Shown piece after piece: positions 34,777 to 48,888 of a DNA stretch of 64,000 nucleotides. The stretch comes from Chiloscyllium plagiosum (taxonomy: Eukaryota), in the NCBI RefSeq assembly GCF_004010195.1, contig NC_057750.1, forward strand, positions 5,793,983 through 5,857,982, read 5' to 3'. Position 1 is the stretch's first letter; each line of letters begins with the position of its first letter. Below the pieces are notes generated by a model that was given only the letters and a program-made list of their open reading frames with translations, did no database searches and was not told where the DNA came from. The position numbers and the translations under genes are program-made.

Positions 34777-36930
34777 AGACAGCGAGAGTGAGGGAGAGAG
34801 GGAGGGAGACAGCGAGAGTGAGGGAGAGAGGGAGGGAGGGAGACAGCGAGAGTGAGGGAGAGAGGGAGGGAGGGAGACAGCGAGAGTGAGGGAGAGAGGG
34901 AGGGAGGGAGACAGCGAGAGTGAGGGAGAGAGGGAGGGAGGGAGACAGCGAGAGTGAGGGAGAGAGGGAGGGAGGGAGACAGCGAGAGTGAGGGAGAGAG
35001 GGAGGGAGGGAGACAGCGAGAGTGAGGGAGAGAGGGAGGGAGGGAGACAGCGAGAGTGAGGGAGAGAGGGAGGGAGGGAGACAGCGAGAGTGAGGGAGAG
35101 AGGGAGGGAGGGAGACAGCGAGAGTGAGGGAGAGAGGGAGGGAGGGAGACAGCGAGAGTGAGGGAGAGAGGGAGGGAGGGAGACAGCGAGAGTGAGGGAG
35201 AGAGGGAGGGAGGGAGACAGCGAGAGTGAGGGAGAGAGGGAGGGAGGGAGACAGCGAGAGTGAGGGAGAGAGGGAGGGAGGGAGACAGCGAGAGTGAGGG
35301 AGAGAGGGAGGGAGGGAGACAGCGAGAGTGAGGGAGAGAGGGAGGGAGGGAGACAGCGAGAGTGAGGGAGAGAGGGAGGGAGGGAGACAGCGAGAGTGAG
35401 GGAGAGAGGGAGGGAGGGAGACAGCGAGAGTGAGGGAGAGAGGGAGGGAGGGAGACAGCGAGAGTGAGGGAGAGAGGGAGGGAGGGAGACAGCGAGAGTG
35501 AGGGAGAGAGGGAGGGAGGGAGACAGCGAGAGTGAGGGAGAGAGGGAGGGAGGGAGACAGCGAGAGTGAGGGAGAGAGGGAGGGAGGGAGACAGCGAGAG
35601 TGAGGGAGAGAGGGAGGGAGGGAGACAGCGAGAGTGAGGGAGAGAGGGAGGGAGGGAGACAGCGAGAGTGAGGGAGAGAGGGAGGGAGGGAGACAGCGAG
35701 AGTGAGGGAGAGAGGGAGGGAGGGAGACAGCGAGAGTGAGGGAGAGAGGGAGGGAGGGAGACAGCGAGAGTGAGGGAGAGAGGGAGGGAGGGAGACAGCG
35801 AGAGTGAGGGAGAGAGGGAGGGAGGGAGACAGCGAGAGTGAGGGAGAGAGGGAGGGAGGGAGACAGCGAGAGTGAGGGAGAGAGGGAGGGAGGGAGACAG
35901 CGAGAGTGAGGGAGAGAGGGAGGGAGGGAGACAGCGAGAGTGAGGGAGAGAGGGAGGGAGGGAGACAGCGAGAGTGAGGGAGAGAGGGAGGGAGGGAGAC
36001 AGCGAGAGTGAGGGAGAGAGGGAGGGAGGGAGACAGCGAGAGTGAGGGAGAGAGGGAGGGAGGGAGACAGCGAGAGTGAGGGAGAGAGGGAGGGAGGGAG
36101 ACAGCGAGAGTGAGGGAGAGAGGGAGGGAGGGAGACAGCGAGAGTGAGGGAGAGAGGGAGGGAGGGAGACAGCGAGAGTGAGGGAGAGAGGGAGGGAGGG
36201 AGACAGCGAGAGTGAGGGAGAGAGGGAGGGAGGGAGACAGCGAGAGTGAGGGAGAGAGGGAGGGAGGGAGACAGCGAGAGTGAGGGAGAGAGGGAGGGAG
36301 GGAGACAGCGAGAGTGAGGGAGAGAGGGAGGGAGGGAGACAGCGAGAGTGAGGGAGAGAGGGAGGGAGGGAGACAGCGAGAGTGAGGGAGAGAGGGAGGG
36401 AGGGAGACAGCGAGAGTGAGGGAGAGAGGGAGGGAGGGAGACAGCGAGAGTGAGGGAGAGAGGGAGGGAGGGAGACAGCGAGAGTGAGGGAGAGAGGGAG
36501 GGAGGGAGACAGCGAGAGTGAGGGAGAGAGGGAGGGAGGGAGACAGCGAGAGTGAGGGAGAGAGGGAGGGAGGGAGACAGCGAGAGTGAGGGAGAGAGGG
36601 AGGGAGGGAGACAGCGAGAGTGAGGGAGAGAGGGAGGGAGGGAGACAGCGAGAGTGAGGGAGAGAGGGAGGGAGGGAGACAGCGAGAGTGAGGGAGAGAG
36701 GGAGGGAGGGAGACAGCGAGAGTGAGGGAGAGAGGGAGGGAGGGAGACAGCGAGAGTGAGGGAGAGAGGGAGGGAGGGAGACAGCGAGAGTGAGGGAGAG
36801 AGGGAGGGAGGGAGACAGCGAGAGTGAGGGAGAGAGGGAGGGAGGGAGACAGCGAGAGTGAGGGAGAGAGGGAGGGAGGGAGAGAGGGAGGGTGAGAGGG
36901 AGGGTGAGAGGGAGGGTGAGAGGGAGAGAG
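34777..36930 (+). repeat. 34-bp purine-rich minisatellite (agacagcgagagtgagggagagagggagggaggg), ~62 copies, in PPP1R37 intron 10
   Basis: Period of 34 nt from 34807 to 36847 (61 units), plus a 30-nt first unit and a degenerate tail. Confidence 0.97.
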
Positions 36931-38325
36931 ATGGTGTGTTTTCTAGGGAGAGATTGTCAGAGTTTAGGGCTCAGGCAGCTGGCCTCTCGTGGTGGAGCAA
37001 CTGAAATCAGGGTGCACAAGAGGCCAGGATCAGAGGAATGCACAAATCGTTAAGGGTTGTAGGGCAGAGTGAGAATAGAAACAGGGAGGGACCATGGAAT
37101 CATTTAAACACAAGAACGAGAATTTTAAAATCACAACACTGAAAAACTGGATTTGGTGAATTCTAATTCACAGGCACTTTAGGCAGACAGGATAGTGTGT
37201 CCCTCTCACAAGAGGCTGAGTCAACTGTTGGGGGTGATAACATTCCATCATATCAAGCTTCAAAACAGTAAAGAGCCAGAATTAGTTCTTGTGAAATAGC
37301 AATCACTTTTAGTAGAATTTAAAAAATCAGAAGTGTGAATAATTTTACTAAAACAGCATGGAAAGGCTTTAAATAAAATCACAGCTTAATTAAGAAGAAT
37401 GGCTTGCATGTAAATACCCTTTCAGAGGGATAGAAAGGTTAGGCCTTAAACCAGAATTGTATATGTAATTTTACATTATATATGTAAACTTTAAAGAGCA
37501 GAAAGAGACAACCTTTACCATCAAGCCTGCTCCAATCCATGGTGGATTGGGCATTTCTATTAGATTTTACCTTTCTACTCACTGCATCCTGCACTGATCA
37601 TTAGGCAGCTCAGATGAGGAGCAGCAAAGTGAAGATAACTTGTTTGTGTGTTTGTATTTAAGAATTCTTTAAAATGGAAAAGGAGAGAAGGGGAGTGGAT
37701 ACCCAGAAAATAAGTTAAGACTAAGATTTTCTATTTTTATATTTGTTCATGGGATATGAGCATTGCTGTCTAAATGTGAACATTTACTGGCCATCCCTAA
37801 ACATCCTTTAAGAAAATGGACTGCTGCAGTCTGTGTGGTGTAGATAGGAAGGAAGGTGCAGGATTTTGACTCAATGGCAGTGAAGAAATGGCAGCATAAT
37901 TCCAAGTCAGGGATAATGTGTGGCTGGGAGAAGAATTTGTAGGTGGAGTGTTCTAGAAGATAAGGGTTGCAGGTTTGGAAGGTGCTGTCAAAACGCCTGA
38001 GTGCAACTTGTGGGTGGTAAACATCATTACCACTGCGTGAATGTGGTGAAGGGAGTGAATGTTGAAGGTGGATGAGATGTCAATCAAGCTGGCTGCTTTG
38101 TCTTGGATGGTGCTGAGCTTCTCAAATGTTGTTGGAGTTGCACTCATCCAGGCATCTGTAGAGTTTTCTATCTCATTCCTGACATATGCTTTGTAGATGG
38201 TGGGCAGGCACTAGGAGACAGGAAATAAATTACTTGCTGTGGAATTTCTAGCTTCTAACCTGCTGTTGTAGCTACTAATGCAAAGAGTATTCCATTTCAA
38301 AACAAGGAAGAAAGTGATTACTAAC

Positions 38326-38492
38326 TGTTTCTTTCTTGGGTTCCCTGTCCAGGTCAAGCCTTAGGAGGGAATGGTTCACTTTAAGGGCTAGTGAGAGAGC
38401 CATAAGTCCACCAGTCTTGATCTCATTTTCACGCAGATCCAGGCGGAGCAGGCGGGGACTGTCAGCAATGAATTCTGCCACGGCCACGGCGC
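38326..38492 (-). CDS. PPP1R37: PPP1R37 exon 10 (LRR)
   Basis: tcaccag|GC+AVAVAEFIADSPRLLRLDLRENEIKTGGLMALSLALKVNHSLLRLDLDREPKKET|gttagt; 167 nt. Confidence 0.96.
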
Positions 38493-40068
38493 CTGGTGAG
38501 AACAAAAAAAAACACAACAATATAACTCCATTTACCATTCACCACAACTAACAGAGTTAAAAACAGTTCATGTTCACAACTGTAAATAATGTACCAGAAA
38601 CCTGATGATTAAATCTTTGGTATGGAAAGTAGCCAAGCAACTAACTTGGGAAGGATAGTTATTGTTGTGCTATAAAGGTCCCACTTACATGTTGGATAAA
38701 TTCCAAGGTATATAGTGGGCCAGGGATTAAACAATTTAAACAAGCTTACAAAATTTTATGGAAAACATGCAATTTTATTCATCCCCTTCCTACTCTTGAA
38801 GGTACTAACAATTGCATAAATTAGTTCTGAGTGTATTGATCGACCTTATTTAAATGTGCACCTGGGACGGGATGTAATAGCGGTGTCGTCACTATAATAG
38901 CAATCCAAAGGGTCTCACAGATGCTCTGGAGATGTGGGCTCAAATCCTGCGACTGCGACTTGAATTCAATTAATAAAATTTGGAATCTAAAAGCTAGTCT
39001 CAGCAATGGTGATCATCTACGGTAATACTATTATCGATTGTCATGAAATCCATTTAGTGCACCGATGGAAATCTGCCATCCTTACCCAGTCTGCCGTATG
39101 CAAGAGTTCACAGACACTGCAATGCAGTTGACACTTAACTACTCTCGGAAATGGCTTAGCAAACTACTCAGTTCAATGACTTTTACAGATGGACAACACA
39201 GGCTGACAACTCCAGCATCACTCACATCCCACATCATAAAAAGTCAAGACATGTTCATGTAGCATACCTAGAGGGCACCTCACTTTAATTCTACCCTCAT
39301 CTTGTATGGGTACAACTCGAGCAGAATTCACTGCAGAGAAAACAGAAATACTCTTTTCTGACTTTCCTCCCACCCTTCAAATGATCTGATGTCAGTATGC
39401 ACCATCTCTTATACATGTACATGAATAACAAACACCAAACAACATGCTGGAAGGGACACAATACCCTGGAATTACTCATTCAAGAAAAATCACTGTTTTT
39501 CAGTGAAGCAGAAAGAACTGGCAAGATGATACATGATGATCATCACCTTCGGTGAATTACAAAACATTGACAACTCTTTCCTTTCTGCAAAGGAACAGTC
39601 TGCTCCTGAGGTTCTGAATCTGTAGTAGTTCTTGTGGACCGTGAGTGTCACTCAGCTATTTGACTGTGGAGCATATCACATTTGAGTCCAGTCCTATCTC
39701 TTGTGGGACATTTTCCAGCACTGGCTCTGGTTCAGAGGGAGCTTTAGGGTTGGGTCACAGGATAACAATCACATGTGGGCAAGCTGAGTCTCACCCCCAC
39801 AACCACCCCACTGATAACACAGGCATCATGAGACAATGGTAGCCTACCCGGCTAACCTGTGATGGAGTTCAGCTAATGTAGCCAGGGTTGAAAAGAAAAA
39901 TCCTCCTGTTTGAACAGTTCTTTTGGATATCAGTTAGTTTTGAGACAATTTATTAACAAGGGACTTCAGTTGAATAAATCTAAACACAGAAGCTCAGAAA
40001 ACTAGTCTGAAAGCTACAGGATGCGGCAAGATGCACACTTGGATGTGAGTCATGTGTTTGGCTCTTAC

Positions 40069-40210
40069 CTTCACAGGTGAGTTTTGTAGATGCCAATCCC
40101 AAGCGCAGAACCGATCGATTTGCAATCAATCCATCTTTGAGTTTGTGCACACCTTCATTGCCAATAGCATTATGGCCAAGATTTAACGTCTCCAGACTCA
40201 ATGTGTAGGG
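40069..40210 (-). CDS. PPP1R37: PPP1R37 exon 9 (LRR)
   Basis: (c)n ttcag|PYTLSLETLNLGHNAIGNEGVHKLKDGLIANRSVLRLGLASTKLTCE+G|gtaaga; 142 nt. Confidence 0.96.
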
Positions 40211-41799
40211 CTGAAGGGGGGGGGGGGGGGAGAAAAAGAGCAAGGATGGGTGAAAGAGAAGGGATATTTATCTTTCAATGTAATCTGCATCAGTCTGTTG
40301 ATTTTGCACTGAAAACATTTGCAGCTGCTTCCCTTTGTACGAGCAGAGCAGCAGAAACCACTGGGTCTCAAACCACTACTTCAACAAAAAATTTAACATG
40401 GACAGGAGTCAAACTAAATTGGCACATATAGTTGAGGAAATTTCTTCAACTTCTAGGGGAATCAATTGGGAATTCTGCAGCTTATGGTGAGACTTACAGA
40501 ATTATGCATTAACAATGGTTCAATTGTATAGGAGGGAGAAGAGAAGGTGATGATGTAGTAGGAATATCATTAATAATCCAGAGCTCCCAAGCCAATGTTC
40601 TGAGGGTCTATTTCAAATCCCACCTTTGCAGCTGGAAGAATTTAATTTCAATTAAAGCCTTTTAGAGAATGAAATCTGCTATCCTTATCCAGTCTGTCAT
40701 GCATGGGACTCCATAACTGCAACTGCCTCTCAATTGCCCTCTGAAGTGGCCTAGCAACTCAGTCGACTAAAGAGCAATTAGAGATGGACCACCAAAGGTG
40801 ACACCCACATCCCATGAAATAAATTTTTAAAAATTGAATTTTTCTTCTGTCAGTTTAATTGGCTTTATTCAATAACTTAACTCATCCACATGTGCCCAAC
40901 TTGTGAGATTGATAACCCCTTCATATCTTATTGTGCCTACCTTGGTGTTTGAACCTTTGGGTGTATAGTTTGAAAAAAAATAGAAAGAAAGTATTTTTCT
41001 AGCACATTTCACAACAACTAGATAGCACGAGAGGTCTGCAGTTAATGAAGTCATTTTGAGGTGTAGTCGTAGGAAATGCAGCAGCTTGTTACTGCATAGC
41101 ACTGTGGTAATGACCATATAGTCTGTTTTGGGAATGATTGAGGGATAAATGTTGGTCAGGACACGAGGAGAACTCCTTTGTTGATCTATGCCACGAGATT
41201 TTTTAACATCAACTGAGAGGCGCTTACACCCTACCCAACAGTTGGCAATTCTGAAAATGCTGCCCTCCCTCAGTATACAGTGCAACATAAAGATAGATTT
41301 GTGCACTTGTGTTTAGTTTGGGACTTGAACCCACAACTTTCTGGATTTGGAGGCAAGTGCTTGTTTCAAATTATTTTAAGTGATGTGGATTATAAAAAAT
41401 GGCTTATGAACGTCAGAAATAAAATTGAGTTAAAATGAAGGCACAGAAAGAAACAGGTAGCAATCAAAATTTTAAAGTGCCTTGTAGCTCTGCTCATTAT
41501 GGGTCAGAGTAAACATTGGGGCTACACAGTGTGACTGCAACCAATTAGTTCAGCATTATCTAGAAGGTTTACACAGACAATTCCATTTTAACTGATTACA
41601 TAGGAATCTTCAATGTTAAATATTGACACAAGACATCAGAACAAATCTTATGATAACAGGAAGTTATGTCTGTGGACAGGAAATGTCCAGATTATGTACA
41701 GTAAAGTTTAAAAAATCACTAAAAGCACAACTCATAGCAAATGCATATCCAGTTCCCAAAACAGCATGATTCAAAAGGAAATCACGGTCACTCACTCAC

Positions 41800-41912
41800 C
41801 AGTGCAGCTGCCATGTAGGTCATCCCATTGTGGGTCAGCTGATTGTTCCACAAGACCAGGGTCACTAAACCTTGTCTTTGTTCCTTCAATCCATCAGAGA
41901 TGTATGCCAAGC
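41800..41912 (-). CDS. PPP1R37: PPP1R37 exon 8 (LRR)
   Basis: ttcacag|GC+LAYISDGLKEQRQGLVTLVLWNNQLTHNGMTYMAAAL|gtgagt; 113 nt; not in the ORF track. Confidence 0.95.
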
Positions 41913-44380
41913 CTGTGAATAAAGCAAATAACACCCTGGCAAACTTCTGAAAACCCATTCATGGTCAAATTTCTCCTTATATTTCTTGAAGGCACTAGCT
42001 ATCATTGGGGCCTGGGCTGGATATCTCACTCTGGTACCTTGCTCATATGATCACGTTATTGGTGTGCACAGGCAATGGGCTTGTGGGAGAAGCCATCACA
42101 TCACAGCTGGGCCTGCCTTCTCCCAGCATCTAGATATCAGAAGTAATTAAGCAGAAAACAGAATCTGTGGTCAAATCTTCTCCATTCCTCCTTCCAGGCT
42201 ATGAACAACAAAGACCAAGCTGGCCTTCTTGTTGTTATCTTACCTGAGATCAACTGACTCAGAGATTGGGATTGGACGAATTCACTGGCTAGTCCGAATG
42301 GCTCAATGCTCTAACTGGGACTGCAAAGATCTTTCAGAGGCAAGTTTTATTCATGGCAGCAAAAATCTTCATCATGGGTAAGACTAGGAAGCAGGTCCTG
42401 AATCCAGCATAGCCAGATCAGAGATTGAAGGTCACACAATTGGCACCAATATGGCCTGCTTTGGCTGTCCAGCCAATTGAGTTAACCAGCCCCTGAAAGG
42501 AGTCAAAATGCTGAGTCAGCAGACACTTTTACATGTATGCAGTAGTCTGGAGCTATGGACAGCAATGTGAGAGATTCCAATTTCTTTCCACAACAGGGTT
42601 GACCAGAAATGTCTCCCACTGTTAATGCCCATTATTAGTATGTGGTAGAAGGATTTGCGGGTTGATACTTAACCTGAGTGTCTGCATTATAATGACTCCT
42701 TCCTCGGTCATTAAGTCCTGAGCAGGACTTGAACCTAGAGCTCTGGCTGAGAGGCAATGACTATCACTGTGCCAAAAGTTCTCCTGAAGGACCTCTAACC
42801 ACTGGTAATGAAGCATTGGATGAATGCAATCTTACTCAATTGTTAAAGAGTTGATTCATACACTATAAAGAGATAGTCAACAACTAAGTAGCCTACGGGT
42901 GCGGTCAGATTAACAGTAACTTAGAAACAAAGGGGGTTTTCTTCAAACCAAAGCTGTATTTACAGTCCAAACTCAGTCTGAAGCTGAAATCAGGATTTAA
43001 CCAAATTACAGGATAGCTGGACTATTGCTAGTGCAAATCTAATACAAAAATCCAACTCAACGGATATAACACGATGTAGGAGCAAATTACTACAGATGCT
43101 GGAAACTGTACTGAAAACAAAAAATGCTGAAGATCACAGCGGGTCAGGCAGCATATAACACTGGCATCATTTTGTGAGGAGCCAACTGCCCTACACGTTT
43201 GGAGAATTAAAATAACTAGGATTATATTCCTTACAATTTAGAATAATGTAAGATGAGCTAACTGCAACAAAGATTTTAAATGGGCTTGACAAAGTAGACA
43301 CTGAGAAAAGTGCTTTTCCCCTGGGTGGGTCTTCTACAACATGGGGTCGGAGGTGCAGTACAGTGGGTCAGCCCATTTAACACTGAGGAGAGGAGAGACT
43401 TCTTCACTCAGAATATTGTGAATGTTTGGAATGCACTACCCCAAAGAGCTCTCGACATTTAATTGTTGTATACGAGGCACAAAGATTGACAGACTTTTGG
43501 GTTTCAAAGGAATCATGGGACAAGAGGATTGTGCGATGAAGGCATTGAGATAAATGATCAGCTAAGATCGGACAGAATGGCAGAATAGGCTCAAAGAGCT
43601 ATTGGGCCTATTCCTACTCCTATGTGAGGAAGCAGTGGTGTAGTGGTAATGTCACAGGACTACTAATCGAGAATCCCAAACTAATACTGTGGGGAGATGG
43701 GTTCAAATCCCTTTGGGGCAGATTGTGCAATTTTGAATTCAATAAAAATTTGCAATCGAAAGTTAGTCTAGTGCTGACAATGTAACCACTATCGACTGTA
43801 GTAAAATCTCATCTGGTACACCAACACCTTTTAGGGAAGGAAATAGTCTGCCCTTACCTGGTTTTAGGCTGACAATGATTCCATACCCACAACAATGTGG
43901 TTAACTCTTAGCTGCCCTCTGAAATGGCCCGAGCAAGCTACTCAGAACAAGGGGCAATTAGGGCTGGGTAGTAAGTGCCCACATCCCATAGGTGAGTGAA
44001 ACTTTTAAGTTTTCATGTTTGGCCAAGTCTTACTGGGGATATACAATAAATGTCAGGATGGGTGGCAACATTCAGCATCCTAAAATAAATCTGAACAATT
44101 TCATAAAAATATTCCCATTGAATCGAGTGATGTCCTGTCCATTCAATTCAATTAGCCAGAGGGAAAACAACAAACCATGGCAAAAAATTAAGTGCTCTGC
44201 ACCAATGTGGTCAGCCCATATAACTCCAGTGCAGCTGCCCTACTTCCCAATCACCTACCTGCATTACAAAATTGTAACCTAATTATTTAGGTGTATGAGG
44301 ACAGAGTAACAAGGCGATCCATAATATCACAAAGTCAGTCTTGGAGAGATGAGCTCAGGAGAGGGAAGCATAGTGTATAC

Positions 44381-44536
44381 CTGAGTCTAGAATATGGTTG
44401 TTGCGCAAGTCCATTAGCTGGATGGTGCAGTTGAACTTTAGGAGGTTTCCCAGCTGTGCTGAATCCTGCAAACCATTCAATTTGTTATCAGCCAAAAACA
44501 GCTCTCGCAGCGTCATGTTCATCTTCAACGCAGTTG
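44381..44536 (-). CDS. PPP1R37: PPP1R37 exon 7 (LRR)
   Basis: ctggcag|CA+TALKMNMTLRELFLADNKLNGLQDSAQLGNLLKFNCTIQLMDLRNNHILDS+G|gtatac; 156 nt. Confidence 0.96.
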
Positions 44537-46574
44537 CTGCCAGGTAGAACAACAGGCATACAGTAAGGTTTGGAATGCAGGTACCACAATGGCCCACAAA
44601 GTTAGCATCACTCGATATTACAAACCAGCTACATAGCCGACTGTGTTAACAAACCCCCAAAAAAAGGGTAAAGTTGCTTACCAGACCAAATGACTTCTCT
44701 CTGAATAGAGAGGGACAACTGGTGAGAGTCATCATGCATCAGGCGAGAGGAGAGGTTGAGAAAGAGAATCTCCCACATTAGCTAAGGTTAGCACGAAGGA
44801 CACTCCTTCTCAATCTCCCCCCTCAACCAAGGTACAGTGATTCACAGGTTAAACCACTTCCAGCCGCCCCTTTCTCTCTAATGAGAAAACAATCCTATGA
44901 TCCAGTACCTTTACCACAATGGCACATTGTCTTATGAGAGACATATCTACCACAATTCAACATTTGCCTTTGATTTTTCAGAAATTTGAACTGTTATGTT
45001 ATGAGAACATTAGCTTTGCTTCCCATGGAACAAAAGTGGCCTGATATTATCAAAGGTTATGAAGGGAAGTCATCATGCTGCTTGGAGGACTGTAGGAATA
45101 GTGTATTATGGAATGGAGGAGATAATTAAAAATTGGCAGTGAAAAGAGGACAAAGGAAAAATAAACACTGGAAGTTCCCAAATGTAATGACTACTGATTA
45201 TTAGCAAAAGCCAATATGGCATGAAGGTCAAGTGATGATAGACTATGCTCAGCTATGATAAACCTCATAATGCAATAGCCTTTCATCGTATGTCCAGGCC
45301 TATGCACGTACTTCAGCAGCCAGACACGGATTTGAAGCCGAGGCTCTGCTGGATTGATGCCTACTGGGGCAGTGATCTCAATCATTTTCACTAAGGAGCA
45401 GAACAGTATATCGCAAGCTTGGCATCCTGCATCTAATCGCTATCCAGTGACCTTTGCTCCTTGGATTAACCAAAGGCAAGAGCAGCATTGGAGTTAGATA
45501 CGATGTTGCTTCTCCACCCTGTTTGAGCAGATCATCGACACACACTCTTACTGTTTCAAGTCACATGAAAATGATTACTGCAGAATAACTGGGGCCCTTG
45601 GGACTCTAGCAACAGTCCAAATCTTCGGATGAAGTGAAAAAACCATCAAGTCACCAAAGTTTGTCACCGAGGCAAAATTATTTTGTTGCAACAAGGTGAA
45701 AGATCTAAGAACTAAGTAAGAAACAAAGACTAAGTGAATGATCGTCAGACACTGGGCAAAAATCAAAATTGTACTCAGTCTTGGCTATGTTGCAGCTTTG
45801 CATTCAAAACTCATGTCAGAAACACAAGTCTCATCAAAAGTATTAAAGGTCTCTATTCTGTTCCTAACCATGGGGCACAGGGTTCACAGCTGCAGCCATA
45901 TCCGTGTTGCCAAGACTTGAGCATATAATGTGGGTTGGGACTCCAATGCACTGTTGAGGGCATGCTGCACTGTTGGAGGTATTGTTCCTCGGTTGAGATG
46001 TTTGCTCAGTGGATGTTAAGGATCCATGTCCCTTCTTAAAAAACAAATAAGTTCTCCTGCAGTGCTGATAAATATTTATCTTCAAATTATTCATCTCATC
46101 CTGTTCTACAAATAGATCCAACATTCACAGTAGAAACTAAATTTTTATTTAGTTGCCTAAGTATTTTGAGATGTTTTATTGGATAGCATCTAGACATTAA
46201 TGTTTCCTTCATATAAAGGTTAGATAATGTAATAAAGACTAGGGGACACAGGTTTAAGGATAGGGGAAAGAATTGCAGGCTAGATATGCAAAAGAACTTG
46301 CTTACTAAGCAACTGCTAATGACCTGAAACACAGTGCCTATGATGAGGAAGTACGAACAATCAATGGTTTCAAAAGGAAATTGGATGGATACTTGAGCGA
46401 AGTAAACTTGCAGGTTAGAAGAATAGAGGAATACACAAATTGCTCCGCAGATAGCTGGCATGTACCTGAAGGGCTGAATAACTGCATTCAGTGCTATGAT
46501 GACTCCAAAACCCAGGAAATTAAGGCTCCCAAACCCACCTTATGCAAACTACAACTGAATTTTACTTCTCTTAC

Positions 46575-46725
46575 CCAACAGCATGAGCGGTCGGCCAGAT
46601 AAACTGGCATTTTCCAGATGCAGTACCACCAGGCTGCTGCTGATTCTTAAAGCACGAGCCACAAATGGTGCAGAGTGGTCGAGGAGAGGTGTGTTCCTTG
46701 CATCCAGGTACTGCAGGCAACTAGT
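46575..46725 (-). CDS. PPP1R37: PPP1R37 exon 6
   Basis: gttgcag|TSCLQYLDARNTPLLDHSAPFVARALRISSSLVVLHLENASLSGRPLMLL+G|gtaaga; 151 nt. Confidence 0.96.
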
Positions 46726-47154
46726 CTGCAACAGAGAAGATCAACATTCACCAGCAGGATATCGACAAGCAGAGTTTCGAGCAGTATGGGATGCATAAGC
46801 CTCCTGATGTATTGCGAGAAGAGCATTGTAAACAGGGCACAATTACCATGTTTAAAAGATATTTGGATAAGTACATAATTAGGAAAGGTTTGGAGGGATA
46901 TGGGCCAGGAGCAGGCAGATGGGACTAGTTTAGTTTGGGATTATGCTCAGCATTGACTGGTTGGACTGAAGGGTCTGTTTCTGTGCTGTATGACTCAATG
47001 CCTTCTCAGAGTCAAGAGGAGTAAAACCATTTCACTCTTAGGGTAAACCGTCCACCTTGTAATCAATATAGCTCAGTACCACAACAAGCAATAAACTTAT
47101 CAACTAATCCATCGGGATTCATTCAAGCATTTAATTGTTTAATTGTGTCCATTT

Positions 47155-47505
47155 AGAGTCATAGAGATGTACAGCACAGAAACAGACTCTTTGGTCCAAC
47201 TCATCCATGCCAACCAGATACCGAAAATTAATCTACTCCTATTTGCAAGCATTTGGCCCATATTTCTCTAATCCCTTCTTATTCATGCACCCATGCAGAT
47301 ACCTTTTAAATGTTATAATTGTACTAGCCTCCAACACTTTCTCTGGCAGCTCATTCTGTACATGCACCACTTTCTGCATGAAAAAGTTTCCCCTATAGTC
47401 CCATTTAAATCTTTCCCCTCTCACCCTAAACCTATGCACTCTAGTTTTGGACTTTCTCACCCCAAGGAAAAGACATTGGCTATTCACCCTATCATGATTT
47501 TATAA
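47155..47505 (-). mobile_element. CR1 LINE 3' fragment
   Basis: agagtcatagagatgtacagcacag... is the reverse of the CR1 tail. Confidence 0.78.
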
Positions 47506-48768
47506 TGAGGGGCATGGATAGGCTGTGTAGAGTTCTCTACAATCTTCATTAGGCACTTCTTTTATTTTTGACTTTGAACAGCAGAATAACTGACTGTCTT
47601 TGGCACTGAGAAATGGTAAGATGCCTCAGTGAGTAGCTTCAAGAAACTGTGATGACAGAAGATGGCAGTATGGAAATTGAAATTAAGCAGATTAGCTCTG
47701 GTTGGAGTAACTAGAAGCGATGCAATGAAGGCTTTTCACTGAAACTGAAAGGAAGAATCCATAGGAAAGTCATGGATCTAGCCTTTTTTATGGTGCAGAA
47801 ACCTGAGCATTATCAAGTGGAGACGAAAATAACCGAGAAGAGACTAAAATGGTCTGGATGTTTGCTGTGGAAAGGAAAGAGATGAGGTGCTGCAAGTGAT
47901 GGAGATGAGATTGCCAGGAGGAAACAGAATAGGAAGGTCCACGACCAGATGGAATTATGCAGTGGCAGGAAGGTTTTTTTTTAAAAGCAGGATTGGAAAA
48001 GAAATGGGTGACTGACAGGAGGAGATAGAGAAGGGTCATCAACCAGCATGGCAGCAACCCCAAGTAAAACAGGAGAATCTGAACAAAATGTGATTGCTTA
48101 ATGTGTCTATGTACAAACTATGTCAGTCATACAAGTCAGCAAGTTCCAATTGCCACACATTGATGAATTAGCTGGGCTAAGTTGCACTAGGATTGTTTTC
48201 AGCATCTCAGGTTTGGGAGAATACAGCAGCATAGTGAAAATGTTATTGGGCTAGTAATCCAGAGGCTTGGATAGTCCAGAGGCACAAGTTCAAATACCAG
48301 TATAAAGTCCAAGGGAATTTAAATTCATTGGTGAACAAAATACCAGTCTCATTAATAATGCTGGTGAAATTACTGGATTGTCATAAAAACTCATCTGACT
48401 GACTAATGTCCTTTAGAGAATGAAATCTGCTGTCTTTCTCTGGTTTGGCCCATTTGCAATTGCAGACGCACAGCAATAAGTTTGACTCTTAACTCTCTGA
48501 AACGGCCTAGTTAGCCACTCAATTGTATCAAACAACGGGAAAGAAAAAGTGTGGGTTTATCTACTCTAAATGGAACGCAATGATTCAAGAACAGGATTCA
48601 CAACTATATTCCCGTTGGAATGGGTAATAAATTCCAGCCTAGCCAGTAGTGCTCAACAACCTGAGAACAACACAAGTAGTAGATTCAGGAATGTCTGGCT
48701 CTGCGCTACACCAAGCGGAAGCATTATCCTTATCACAAATGCAATGATGTAATAAGATTGATGCATAC

Positions 48769-48888
48769 CTTCCTCATCATGTGCGCTGCAGCCTGCCATC
48801 CTCGCGTCCCAATATGTTTGTTAAATGAGATGTTGAGCTGTGTGGCTGATTCATAATATTCTATCATATCAAACAATGCTGATGCACC
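48769..48888 (-). CDS. PPP1R37: PPP1R37 exon 5
   Basis: tctacag|GASALFDMIEYYESATQLNISFNKHIGTRGWQAAAHMMRK|gtatgc; 120 nt. Confidence 0.96.

Noticed and set aside
34777..36930. Regular 34-nt periodicity suggestive of a CRISPR array
   Set aside because: Units are head-to-tail with no unique spacers, and the context is eukaryotic with no cas genes. It is a minisatellite.
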